From assembly GCA_020137815.1 (NCBI GenBank), contig CM035350.1:4650001-4714000 (forward strand): DNA of 64,000 nt. The letters are read 5' to 3'. Every line of letters begins with the position of its first letter. The stretch's first letter is position 1. The position numbers and the translations under genes were made by a program. The stretch comes from Hormiphora californensis (lineage: Eukaryota; Animalia; Ctenophora). This document shows positions 14,733 to 30,468 of this stretch, piece by piece. The notes under the pieces are model-generated. The model had not been told where the DNA came from. It ran no database searches and saw only the letters and a program-made list of their open reading frames with translations.

Positions 14733-16416
14733 ACTCACTCACTCAGTCTCTTCTCGGCACTCAACGAAGGGAATGTTTCAAAATTGTTGTTGCCAAGTGG
14801 AGGGCCATACAAAAGAATTAGAAAAACTTGACGGTTATAGTTATACACAAACGATAATATCGAGAGAAACGTCTTGATAACTTTATAATATTTTATCACG
14901 CAAAAAATATTTTGCCGAAGAAAGATCATCATAATTTTGAAAAAAGAAGAACGCAAAAAGTTTTCACAAATCCCAATTTAAATAGCTTAGTACGTATACA
15001 TGTCGTGCCTTTAAACACGTGACATGTACAAAAAATACATATGATAATATATAGAGTAAGCTAGTAGATAAGTTAGCTAAGAGTATATATTAATATGTGT
15101 TACTGTGGCTGCCTGCAGAAAAGTCAGATACGTATAGAAACTATTATGAGTCTAAGAAAAAACAACTACTAAGCACCCCGTCCATTGCTTTCACTCCATT
15201 TTATCATTTCCCGCACATATCACAGTTTTGATCAAAACGTGTTTTTTTGGAAAAAGAACTAACTTAGAAAAGTTGAGTGTTGTGCAGGAAAAACAAAACG
15301 GAGGGAAGGAACGAGATGGTAATGCAAAGTAGTTGGGTAGTGATAGGGGGGTTAAAAGATCCCCTAAACCTGTTATCACACACACTGTCTGGTTTAGGGT
15401 TCAATCTGCATATTAAAAGACGTAGGTTCTAGCCCCTTGCCAGTGTTCTAAGATATCTTAAAAACTCCCTTAAGCTATTACGTTACGTAAAAAAAGATGC
15501 TCAAACCCCAAATATTAGCTCTCCCATTCCATGGAGCGTACCTGAGAAGTAAAAGACAGAAAGAGAAGCTATAGCAAGCTATAATTCTAGTCTCATACAT
15601 CCTAAAGTACGAGCTACTTATAAAAAGACACATAGGTCTACTATGGTGGTGGGTCCCGCCTAAAACAATTCAACTCCCCGTGGTAAAAATGTGTATGTGT
15701 GTTTCTTTAAAAATTGTGTGTATATATCCCATCTCATAATATTAATAAATAACTTCTTCAAAAACTATTGTGCTGCAAAAGCTGTGTTATAATATTGTTA
15801 TCTCTAAAGACTGGGTGTGTGGTCAAAAGTATATATCATGGGCCATTTGGCGAGTGTGTCACAGTTCTCACTCCCTTGGATATAATATAATAATAACTAT
15901 GTTTATATATTCCGCCCATATATCCAACAGGGACAGCACAGTGGTACTGTCACTGAAGGATAATATCTGAACGTTATATATAGTCTAATGTGTGTAAATA
16001 TATATCTACGGCAAGTCAAGTGTATATAATTATGTACATTATATATTAATATATAATTTTTAACTGGAGATAAAGACCCGGCTGCACATCGTTATAGCAC
16101 ATAAACAATACAATTTGTGTACAAATACATAAACCAGAAAGATAACTGCGTGCAGCTGCTAGGGGGGTTTTTTCTCCGAAAAAAGAGATATGTTATTATT
16201 GTCTTCATCTTCTTCTACTTTTCCATCATAATCAAATTATTAGCTGAGGTGCTGGGCGTTTTAACACACAAAGATAGCCAATATAACAATACCCGCACCT
16301 CTCACTCTCATTTGTACCAGTCTTATAACCCAGCTGGCTCATCCATCAACACCCCACAGCTTAGAGGGGGAGCTGGATATTATCACCACATTGTCTCTTG
16401 TCGTGTGTCGCACACT

Positions 16417-17489
16417 TCACTCGGCTATATCACCGAGGCACGCAAGGAGTGTCTTGATTAGTGTGTAATGGGTGAGAGAGTGTTGGCACTCCAGATGCCA
16501 CGTTAACCCACTCAAAACGCCATCTCGGAAGTCACACAGGTTACAATTGTAACTGATCGGCTGGTCGCTGCTCTTGTCCTGTTGGCGCTCACCCAAAGCT
16601 CGGAGGGCCTCACACGCATCCTTCTCGTCCTCATTCCTCTCTATGGAGCTCCGTGGGGAGGGTTGTTGTTGTTGTTGGTCCTCAGAGGGAGGTGAGTCCT
16701 CCTTGTTGCTACCCTGGGTGGACGAGGAGGCAGGGGTCGAGGGAGATTTACTGACCGGTGTATCCTCCTTAACATCAGGTTGCCTCCCCTCCTCACTCTC
16801 CTTCTTTATCTCAACTGTGGTATCCTCGGGGGGAGTAGGTCGGCCCTCCTCAAGTGATACTCTTACGGTTATGGGGCTCAACCTTTATGGGTCGTGGGTG
16901 GGCCAGGGTGTAGGGGAGTGCAGAGGCGGGCCGGGGAAGACGGATAGTGGATCGTGGTGGTACTGGTGCATCCGTTCTGCTGATAGACTCGGCGTGGGAG
17001 GGAAGAAGGAAGCAGAACTTTGGACTTGTCCCAGGGGGTCTATATCCATCATTGCTTTCAGTTTTATCGACTTTAGCTCGTCTTTGCTCGGCTCTGTAAG
17101 GGAGAGAGGGAGAATGGGTTAGTTATTGAATCGACAGGTCACGATCTACTACCAATACCATTCATTAGATTGTCTGTCTGGTCGGTCTAAGAGCACTTAA
17201 ACCCAGCTTTAATGGACAGCACTCTCTTTTATTTTTTACATAATATAATGGTACCCATTTCATTGATTGACTCACGTTTTGAAGACGGAGAGGGAGCTGC
17301 TAATTTCCGAGCTTTTCTCGGTGACTCCAATCGTTCCTCAGGGAAAGGTGTATCTCGGAGGGAGCTCATAGGGGGCAGTTGACCTCGGGGAGTATCGAGA
17401 GATGTGACACAACTCAACATTTCTTGTCTGAATGATTCCAACCAAGTCGGATATTTCTTTTCTCCATCTTGCATCAGTGTTGTGTGTAC
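16417..17489 (-). CDS. 3' exons (~17257-17489, 16417-~17093) of a protein with a terminal C2H2-like finger; may belong to the zinc-finger gene at 21.8-23.3 kb
   Basis: AG/GT-bounded open exons; YNCNLCDFRDGVLSGLTWHLECQH. Confidence 0.6.
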
Positions 17490-19651
17490 CTGAGAGAGGA
17501 TTAGAGTCGTTAAAATCTTCATCTCAATATATTAATCAGATAATGTTATCTCTTTCATAGTTAACTCTTTATCTCCCATCCAAAATCCCTCTAGATTTAT
17601 CATTATAGTCCAAAGTTAAGAGTGGTGTCTATAGACGCCATTTATAGAAATCACGGCTGCTGATGGTTAAATCAAGTCACGGTGATCTCCTTCTCCCCAT
17701 TTAAATTTGCTTCTTGTTTTGGGAGACAATCGAGGGAGGTCCGCCGCGAGAATTCTAAAAAGTGCGCGCGCGAAGCGTGTTCCCTTGAAGGGAGGCTCCG
17801 CGCGCTACATAACAAACTACTGGGAGAAGGAGCGAGTGACACTTCGCGTGAGTTCTCGCAGTTGTTAAGGAAGATGGTCGTGATTTGTATTGCAAGTCGT
17901 GATGCCATCACCGTGATTCAAAATGGAAGAAGGAATAGTAACACAATACTATACCCAATGTGTATTTCAATGTGTTTAAAAACTGGGTGATCCTGATGAG
18001 TCTGTACAATGTAAACATGTACGTCAATACCAGGGGCTGCAGCCCAGTAAAAGTCCTCTATTTATCACGATGGGTTTTTTTTGCACGAAGGAGAGGCGGC
18101 TAGGGGGGGGGTTTTTAAAAAAATTTAAAAAAACCCCCCCCCTGGGAAAATTTTTGGAAAAGAGGATGAAAAAAAACCCCCCCCCCCAAAATTTTTTTTT
18201 TCCCCAAAGTGTGTTCCTGCACGAGTTCCCCTCTCCCTCTATTGAAAGGGAAATGTTGTGATCTCTATCATGTCTAAAGGATAATTATCCCCCCAATTAT
18301 CGGGGGCTCATGCAACTCGCGTGGCGACAATTTCCCGGCCCACTGAGACCCAGATCGGACTGATGATTGGCACTTATTATATCCAATAGCTATCATATAT
18401 TCAGATCTGCTCTCTCTTCTTCAGACGCCCTCTCTCTCTCTCTCCTCTCCTCTCTGTCCCAGTTGTACCCAGAACATGACAAAGATCGGTGATCTGCCCC
18501 TTCTGAGTATGTGTGTTATCCACCCCTCTCTCTTACTATCTCTCCCTATCTCCCTATCTTTGTGAGAGCTAGAAAGATAGAGAACATGATCTCCCAACAG
18601 GGCACGCCGATCTCCATTTATTACCAATTGTAGACGGACTCAATAGACACACGGACACAACTCCTCCTATAATTACTACGCAAGTCAATATATGCTATGT
18701 ACCGTTCCCCCTCTCTCTAATGCTTTGTTCTATCTCTCTCTCTCTCGCTCTCTCCCTACCCCCACGATATCTGTTTAAGTTCTTGAGCTATCAAGCTGTC
18801 AGAATAACAGAGTGGGAGAGAGAGAGGATGAAGCGATGGGGCGATATATCACGATTATATATCAGAAAATATCTGGCAGGCCGAAAGATATATCTCCCCA
18901 CATCGCGATGTGTTTTGATCTATCGGTCTTACTACCAAACTGCAAGACTATTGTTGTCTACAGGACTGCCAGTACTTTTGCAATACAGACTATAGAGAAT
19001 ATAATACTGGCCCGCCCAGCTGGGTGAACAGAATTTCACGCTTTAACCTAGTTAGGGCATTCAATAGTGACAAATTCAGGTGCTCTCCCCTCCTAGTCCT
19101 CTCTCTTTCCTCTCCCCTTCCTCTTTCTCTCTCTCTCCCCTTCGGTCGGAATGAAATGTGGATCAGTATCATTTTGCTTTAAACTGGGGGGAGCTATACC
19201 AACAGGTTTGCTCCCCCTACGATACGTCACTTTTAGTCGCGGTCAGCAGCAACTACTGCAGCCCTGTCTTCCTCTATATCTATACCTCCCCCTATCACTA
19301 TCCTTCTAGAGCACTGAAGAACGACAAATTGAGGAGGTGATACACCAATCCATAATCTGTCAAAGTTACCATCTCGTCCGGCTATGGTAAGGACATAACG
19401 ACACAATAGGCTTTCTCGTCGCCCCCCCCCCCCCCCCCTTGGGGAATAGGAGGTGCTGCGCCATGTGAGAATATAGAAGTAGGGATCAGGGAGACAGAGT
19501 AGTGAGTACAGAGGAGTAGGAAAGGGGTAAGACAGAGAGGAAAGAGGGGTTACCCACGTGAACCGTCTAGAGATGCAACAGCGTGTGCCAGGCCCAGTCT
19601 CTATACCCAGTCTCTATGTAGCATGAAATAGAAGAGAGTTACGCATGTTAA

Positions 19652-21349
19652 CTATGTTCGCAAAAGGCAAGCTTCCCCTCGTCCGACCCGAAGTTGGAAT
19701 TATATGGGTTAGTTGTGCGAACCGGCAGTTGCTAACATATTTCAAATTTCACTACTTCTCAAATGATCTAATCCATACATTCAGTCTGATCCCAAAATAA
19801 AATTGTAAATCCTGTTAAACATAGAGCCCAAAATGATGGCACCAACGTTGAAATGCCCTAGTAGTTAGTGGAGCAGAAACAAAATCAATTTCCTATCTCA
19901 CCACGTTAATAATAAATAATTAAGTTAATGCTCTTATTTGNNNNNNNNNNNNNNNNNNNNNNNNNNNNNNNNNNNNNNNNNNNNNNNNNNNNNNNNNNNN
20001 NNNNNNNNNNNNNNNNNNNNNNNNNNNNNNNNNNNNNNNNTTTTAGAGGTGCTCAAATTTGAACTAAAGTGGGTTTTATAGCAAGAAAGGGGACTTTTAC
20101 AACGAATTCCCGGGTTTACTATGGTAACCAACCCTTTTGTCATGGTAAATTAATCGAAAATTACGAGTCTATCCCCCAGCAATGGTTTAAAAAATTTTAA
20201 AAAGGGTAAAAGTTAATAAAAATTTTGCCAAAACTGTGCGGGGGCAAAAGTTTTAAGGTTATTATTTTTTATTAATTTAGAAAATCAAAAATCCGGTCCT
20301 TTATGACTGTAGTTATAACTTAGAACAAATCACAGTTTTTTCGAAAAAAAAAAAGGGTTTTGGGCCCCCAGTTTAAATATAAAAGTTGCAAAAAATGTGC
20401 GGGGGCAAAAAAAAATTTGCAGGGGAAAAAGTTTTAATTTTTATTAAATATTAATTAGAAAATAAAAAAACCCGGCCCTTTATGACTTAGTTTACCACTA
20501 GAACATGCATCAAAGCTCATTTCGAAATATCAAACGGTGTGGCACAGTTCGAATATAAATTTACCGAAAATGGCAGGGGCAACATTTGCCGCAAAGACAG
20601 GGGCAAAATGTGGGGGGGGAAAAATTTTAATTGCTTAAATTTAAATTTGGGAAATAATTTGATTTCCCATTTTTGTCGATTTTTCTATAGCATAACTACA
20701 TTACTAAAAAAATTTTAGGTGATTTTATGCAAAACAAAAAATAACCATTTTTTTCCCTTTGTTCAGGAAAGTCCCGGGGGGGGTCGAAATCAGCGGTGCA
20801 GGGGAAAGAGGGCAGGGGAAAAATTTTTAATTACTTAAAAAATTTAGTTAAATTAAAAATAAGAAATCCAGCCTTTTTATGACTGTAGTAACTACAGAAC
20901 AGCATACAAATTTTCATTTCGAAAAAACAAAGGGTTTTTGGCCACTTTTTGAATATCAAAATTGCAAAAAATGGCAGGGGATTTGCCCTGTACTTTTTAA
21001 AAAAAAAGTGAGGGGGCCCCCAAAAAAAATCCATTTTGCATGCCCATAATAATTAATTAATTAATTTTCAAACCCCACTTTTCGATATCATTTTTTTTGA
21101 TTGAAGAAAATTCCCACAAAGTTTCAAGTCGATATTTAAGCAGAACGGAAGATAAACCCTGTGCAGGGGCACGGGCGGGGAAAAAATAAAAGTACAGGGG
21201 CAATGTGCGGGGCAAATTTTGAAGCATAATTTAATTAATTTAATTTAAAAAAACAAAAATCCGGCACGTTATACAGTATTTTTACTACTAGAACCCTACA
21301 AAAATTTCAGGTCGAATTCAAAACGAGGGCCCCAATCCTGCCTGAAATT

Positions 21350-21391
<42 letters not shown>

Positions 21392-21400
21392 GAAACCCCC
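19652..21400. mobile_element. Second, inverted copy of the 12.5-13.8 kb element family; spans the gap and is low quality
   Basis: tatgttcgcaaaaggcaagcttcccctcgtccgacccgaagttggaat is the reverse complement of ~13723-13770; gcaggggca repeats. Confidence 0.6.
19941..20040. other. Assembly gap (100 N)
   Basis: Run of N. Confidence 1.
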
Positions 21401-21767
21401 GGGGTTTTTAAATTCTTTTAAATATGGGGCCGTCTTTTTTTGTTTTTTTGGTGCGGGGGGGAAAAAATTTTTTTTTTGGGGGTTTTTTTTCCCGGGGGGA
21501 GAGGGGGGGAAAAAACCAAAAAAATTCCAACTGCGCCGCTTGGCTTCCTTCTATCACCCTCTTTTTCCGCATGTCTCTATCTCTACAACTAGTGTTGCTT
21601 CCCCCTCCCCAGTTACTTGATCTACTATCAAGATATACCGGCTGCTGCAGTAGAAAAAGAAAAGGACGGCTTCCCTGAATGACTCTATTTTTCATCATAC
21701 ACAACTTCTCTCTCCTCACTCCCTAGTTAAAGTAACAAACTCTCTCCCCAAGGTTTTTTGTAACTTA

Positions 21768-23347
<1,580 letters not shown>

Positions 23348-24601
23348 CTAACAATGGAAATAAAAGGGGACATTGGGCTAATTAAAACACAAAATGCAAC
23401 ATTTCATAACTTTGACATCATATGTTAAAAAATTTTTTTCCTTCTCTCTCTTGCCCATAAAACCTGCTTGGGGTTCAGCTGTTTCCAAAAGAAAAAAGGG
23501 GAAAGGGCTATTGAAGTAACTTTAACACGCCCAAAACCCATCATTCTAATAAAAAAAATGTTAAAAAACCCCTTTATATATTTGACCCTCACTTTTTTGG
23601 GGCCTTTTCTCTTTTTTTTTATCTTCAAAAACATAACAATACCCTGAGAAGGCACATATGTGTGTAAAAATTCCCTTTTAATAGTTAAAACGGGAAGTAA
23701 GGGGGCGGCGAGGGAGGGGTGAAGTAGGAGAGGGCGCTTTTTTAGCCCCACCACCGGATTGCCCCTCCCCTGGTAGTACTACAAATGGGGGGGGGGGCCC
23801 CCGGGGTGGTGAAACCGGGGTTATCCCCCGGGGTTGTGTCGGTTCGGCAAATTAAATCTGGGTCCCCACAATTCCATCTTTTGCCTACAAAATTTAATTT
23901 TGTTTAGAGTTGGGGCTATAATCTGTAAAAAAAAAATAAACGTCGTGGAACGAACGGCTCGTCGAGTGGGTGATTACAAATAGTTTGACCTAGACGTCGT
24001 AATAACAACACGAACGTAATAACAACACCAACAAATTAACATGAAATGGCAGCAGTAAGGTGATTACAAATTATGTTAAACAGTCAGCTGAAGGTGTGAA
24101 GTGGACTGTGGGCGTTGGCACGGCGGATTCGTAACACACATGTCATACAATTGCAAACTGTCAACTGCAGCACCTGCAGTAGTGCAGTTATAGTAGCAAG
24201 ACGGCGGCGCAGACAGAACAAGAGACGTAGTATGCGAAAACGGAATTTAGTATTTTTAACTCTCACTGTCTCTCTCTCTCTCCGCTGGTATAACTAAAGA
24301 AGGGAGGAGGAGGAAACATTATTATATAGGGATACAACTCAAAATAACCAAGACAGTAGCGAAAGAGTTAAGTGAAGTTGTCCAAGTGCATCTCACATAT
24401 TATAATGAAAAGCCCAATATAGGAGAGAGAGAGATAGGTTTCACATCTGATTCTCAGCACGTGCTACAGCTGTTTTAAGGGTGACTGGTCTTCGTTTGCA
24501 TACAACCCTCCTCTACGCGCTCAATTGAGGATGGGATAAGGCGATGAAAGGAAGGAGGGGGTAACGCAGTGCGTGCCGCGATGCGCTTACCCTGTCACTC
24601 T

Positions 24602-24724
<123 letters not shown>

Positions 24725-25980
24725 GAGAGGAAAAGAGATGAAAACTGTAAGACACCCAATTACAGATAGTAACAACATAAGCGGAGTAAAATAGAGATAG
24801 AGTGCAGATAGATACAGAGGGAGAAAATAGAAACACAGGAATAGAGAGGAGATGATATAGAGATGCAGCAATAGAAAGACACGATACCGAGATAGAGATA
24901 GAAACTGACGAAGAAGAAGACTCATAATAGGAATCATGCCTTTGTAAATACAGCCGCGTTTTCACGGACCCATTAAGGCTTGTTACTTGCAAAAAATTTT
25001 TTAGGGTTTTCCCTGCAACATGATACAAACGACCTTCACGAGTGCAAAGGGCGGGCCCCTTTTTTTATAACCCAGTTCCCCGGAAGAGCTCTAGGAAGAA
25101 AGGGAGAGGAGAAGGGGGACGAGGGAAAGGGGGGACAGGAAAGCTCAATTTGATAAATCAACACAACCCAGAGAGAGGAACATATGTGAGTGCATTAGCA
25201 GAAAGGTAATTTACTATACAAGGAGGACTACGGGCTCTCTCTCCTCTCTCTCTCCTCTCCCCCTCCTTTCCCCCTCTCTCTCTCTTCTCTCTTTCCCCCG
25301 CTCCGCTTCTCTCACTCCTTAGTAAACCTTCTTTCTTTACTTCATCTCGACTTCCTTCGCTGACAAAGGGAGAGAGGGAACGATGATTAGGTCAAGAGAA
25401 AGGGGGAAAAAAAGATGGGGGAAGGAAAGAGATAGAGAGGAGAGAGGGGGGAAGAGAAGGAGAGAGGGAGAGAGAGAGAGAGAGAGGGGGGAGAGAGCTG
25501 ATCAACTTGAGCGTTCATCAGCGCCAAGGATGGCCGGATATTACGGGATCACGTGACATGGTGTGTCTTCTCCCGCAACACCGGCCCTCAGCTCCGCCGA
25601 CCCTTCACAAGGACAGAGAGGTGCACGCAACACACGGCAACCCAGTTAGTAGAGCAACTAGAGGAAAGTAAGTGTTTTGTAAAGAGAGAGAGGAAGAGAG
25701 GAAGAGAGAGAGGAGGAGAGGAGAGAGAGGGACGAGAGGAGAGAGTAGAGTAGAGAGATAGAGAGAGTAGAGAAGAGAGAGATAGATAAAAGGATAGTTA
25801 AGACATAGGATTAGTACAGAGCTTCATGCAGCTCTCTGCTGGGTAAAAGAGAGAAAAGGGTGAGTGAGGCCGGAAAGTCTATAATAAGCTTGCACCTCCC
25901 ACTAGACACTCACATGTCTGGTTGTGCGCTACCAAAATTAGAATGTTGGCTACTAACCAGGAAGTTATGTCTGGTGCGAG

Positions 25981-26036
<56 letters not shown>

Positions 26037-27374
26037 ACTGTGGCACATTGCGGTGCACTGGTAGTCTCTCCCCCTTTCCCCTTAGCACTATCTCTCCCTC
26101 CCACTACTCCCATCCATCCCCCATTCTCTCACTATCTCTCCATGTCTACTACTTGTTTCTCCCACTCTCTTTCTCTGCTGCACCCTTTCACTTCCGGCAC
26201 GCACCGCGTGTCACGTGACAGCTGCAACAGGGTCCTGCTATTTATTAGAACCCCCCTTCTCTCTCTCTCCCGCCTCCATCTCATTCCCTTTTACCCTCCC
26301 TCTTACTTCCCTCTCTACCCATTTTACCATCTCTCTCTCTCTCCCCACTACATCTAGCTCCCTAACCTGGAGGAAGGGCCTGTTAGGTTTGTGTCCGGAG
26401 GGGCGGGAGAGGGAAGCTTGGGAGAGAAATGTGATAGACTAAACTAGGGGGAGAGACATAGGGTGAAATAGAGGATAGCAGATGGAGAGCAGAGGGTGAG
26501 AACTAAGACTAGGTTAAATAGATACAGGGGGTGTGGTAACCGAGAGGGACAGGAACTAGGGACTGTGCAGTGTGCGAGGAGTGAGGGTCAAACGACCGGA
26601 AGCCGAGTCTTCGCTCTCTTTCCCACTACCTCTCTCTCTCTCACTCATTCTAATTTCTATCTCTCAAACCCTCTCTCTCACTCATTATATCTCTCTTTCC
26701 CTCTCTTTCTTTCCCTCTCTAAAACCTAACAGTTAGATCATAAACACGGCACATAGAAAACGGGAAGGGTCACGGAAACTCGCAATGAAACGGACAGGAA
26801 TGAAAAAAGTAAACAGTTGATTGAATACATTACTTTTCTGTTCACCACAGCGAGCGTTATCATTTTTGTGGCCTGTCATATTCAGGTCAAATTCTAATTT
26901 TAAAACAAGCTTTTATAGTGACAAAGTGTCGCAGTAACATTGCATATAAGGGCCCCTTGAAACAACTTTAGGTCGCCTAGCAACCTCGGCACTGACCATT
27001 ACAACGATCATTATAATATTACATAATATATTGGGGTCCGATTTGCATTTACCCCCATCCTCATATAAAACGATACTTCACGTTCCCTTCTAGAGCCTAC
27101 TTCATATTAGTGAACTTTAAAAACAAGTTCACCGTGCCCTATCGGGACATGACTCCCCTTGCTGTACCGCGATCACGGAATATAGAATGATAGCCGGGGC
27201 AGAGAATAATTAAAGCCCACAGGGGGGACAGACAGAGAAAAGACATCGAGCACAACCAGAATGAATGAATATGAGAAAGATGGGTTAACATAATGATGTT
27301 TGCTATTGGGTCTATACCCGAATTGCAGATAAGACTGGGGTTAGGTTTCAAAACCATTCTCTCCAATACCCCCC

Positions 27375-27476
<102 letters not shown>

Positions 27477-28062
27477 GGAGGGCTGTGGTAGAATGATGAC
27501 AGTGCGTCACTGAAGACACACGTATGTACGTTGTCGCTAATGTTGCTTACTGGGGCCTATCTAGGGCTATACAACGTACGATAGCCCCCAGTGCTGCAAG
27601 CGGTCTTTGCTTTGACTCAAAGGCTTTGACCAACAGGACTTTTACACTTTAGCAACAGTCCAGCAATATGAACCAAATAAGGGATTTGTGAGAAGATGCA
27701 ATGACGCGTGAAGCGTATCAACTGAGAAAAGATTGGAAAGATCGGAGTGAGAAGGAGAAAGGGGAGATTAGAAGGTTCAAAATAATACCAGCTTCTTACA
27801 AACAAAAATAAGGGGAAACTTTTAAAGCTATGATGATAATGTTCAATGTTCGAATGATAAGCATGATTTGACTGCAGGCCCGGTTGAAGACAACGCACGA
27901 TTAACGAACTAAAGAAAATCATGCGTTATTCGAGTTATATAAGGAGGGGTGCGTGATTAGAATCTGCTTCGTGACCTGAAATAATGGGTTGGACACCATT
28001 TAACCGTTCAGTCGATCGCTTGTCAGTGGTTGTCGTCTGGGCGAGTGTTATCTCGGCGACGA

Positions 28063-28104
<42 letters not shown>

Positions 28105-28921
28105 GATGATGAGAAGGAGAGAGAGATAGCAGAGAGATAGAGCGAAGAGAGATGATGAGAGAGAGAGAGAGAGAAGAAGAGACGGAGACGAGAGAGAGAG
28201 AGAGAAGATAAAGAAGTACAGGGGATAGAGAGGGGTAGAGACATCACAGAAGAGATTGTAAGCTTATAGAAAGCTAAACGGTTATGTGACTAGAGGGAGA
28301 GAACCACCACTCCAGTCGCCTATATAATATGCTACAGAACCGAAGTTGGTGTTGTGAGGAAGGCTTCCAAGAAATCAACTGTGGGATCTGCGTGAGGATC
28401 GTAACCGGTCGTGACTACAAAATCACTGGAGATGATTTCTGTCTGCCAAATTTAACAGGTTCTCGGGGGGAGTTTTTGATGCTTCGCCATTATATGTTTA
28501 TATTTTGTTGATCATGATAGAGCTTCTTCAGGGTAACAGCTTGATATGGATAATTTCAGAACGATACTCACCCAGCTTCATTAGCTAACAGGGAAATGAC
28601 GATAGATGTTTGTTAGCAAATCACACGTCTGCACTTCAAAACAAACTACACAGATAAACCCTGTGTCTGCTGACCCGCGTCTAGCTACTACTGACTATCT
28701 ACTATTGCAGCACATGATGTGCAAAGTAAAAGCTTGAAAAGAAGAAGTGGAGAAACAGCGCATCAATACACAGACTGTGACGTTTGAGCCAAGTGACACG
28801 ATGCTGCAGAGAGCGCCAGACATAACAATCCATATATGGAGCGATACATGTCTCTCCTACCAAACACCTCCAATCCAGATGCATGGAATATTGAGGCCTC
28901 TCTTCTCCCACTCTCTTTGTA

Positions 28922-28993
<72 letters not shown>

Positions 28994-29289
28994 CATCTCT
29001 CCTCTTCTCACACTTTCTCACAGCTAGCTATAGCCCCTTTACTCTGATGTGGGAAGAATGCGACGCACAAGGAACTCCCCCCCCCCTCCCACAGGGGGAC
29101 AGGGGGGACGCACAAAGAGGGAGAGTTAGGACTCAGAACAGGTGGATCATCTTGTTGTTTGTGGGTTTAGGGGGGAGCACGTTGATCCTGGATGCAAGCA
29201 CGGGCTATAGACCCTCCACATACTGTGTTTTCCCTGGTATTGCCTGGCCTACAACTCCCCACGCACAGTGAGAGAGAGAGAGGGGGAGG

Positions 29290-29335
<46 letters not shown>

Positions 29336-29348
29336 GAGAGAGAGATAG

Positions 29349-29407
<59 letters not shown>

Positions 29408-29841
29408 CACAGAGAGAGAGACACATAGAGAAGGGGGGACAGAGAGCGAGTGCCCAAACTCGGATGTCCGGGTTCTGTTTGCCCGCATGAGAAGCAAGGG
29501 TGCAGGGAGAACTGCCATTGGTTAATCTCCCGCATATTACTGCGAGGGGGACGCCCCATTGGTGGAGAGACTAACACGTGCCTTGCACCATAAGAGCTAA
29601 TAATAGTCGCCTGCAGGGGGGCCACATACAGAGGGGGAGGGAGGGAGAGCCGCGGACCCATTTCCGTACCCAAGAACGGGGGACGCAGCGACTATTATAC
29701 TCATCTCTCTCTCCCCTCCCTCTCTCTCTCTCTCTCTCTCCCCCATAATATACAGATCTGCCAGTGTGGCAGCTCTCTATCGCTAAATTTAACTCTGTAG
29801 AGAAAAAAAGGACCTTTTTGGATTGTCACGTGACATATATC

Positions 29842-29882
<41 letters not shown>

Positions 29883-30371
29883 CGGGGACAATAGAAACAA
29901 TTCAGAAACACCAACATATATCCCCACTCCCTGACCTACAGCACACCTTGAAGTGTGCAGTTTTAAAAAAAGGGATGCAATCTGTCATACACCCTGTAAA
30001 ACATAAAGAGGAACAAGTTCGCGACTCTCTCTTGTAACACGGTTGATCGGTTGCCCCCAACCACTTACTAGGGCCGTTTATGCAACACCCCACCACGCCA
30101 GGTGCTGCTGCAGGTCGAATATATATGCTGACACAAAGAGGGGATTTGTAAACTTGTCAACAGAGAGAGGCACTGAGAGAGAAATAAGGGATCGATAGGT
30201 GCGGGAATGGAGACAAAGATCTATGTTGTAATAAACTTACAGGACAAAGAAAATCAGTAGCAGCTGCTAAAGGGGGACGATCCAAGTTAAGTTAATATAT
30301 ATAACATATATTATGCTGCACTATTGATATTCAAATAAAAAGGTAGCACTTGGCTGTTTCAGAGTCTCATA

Positions 30372-30468
30372 CAGTCGGACCCCGATTTAGTGGCATCATC
30401 GGGGGAAAAATCCTGCCACTAAATCGGGGTGCCACTAAATCGGGGGCCACTAAATCGGGGTCCGACTG
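30372..30468. mobile_element. Tc1/mariner-type MITE
   Basis: TIR cagtcggaccccgatttagtggc / gccactaaatcggggtccgactg, TA on both sides, internal gccactaaatcgggg repeats. Confidence 0.8.

Noticed and set aside
20041-21530. Poly-G/poly-C and homopolymer-rich tracts (also 12540-12720, 18070-18210, 23420-23940) as G-quadruplexes or ORFs
   Set aside because: The pattern is typical of low-quality consensus sequence
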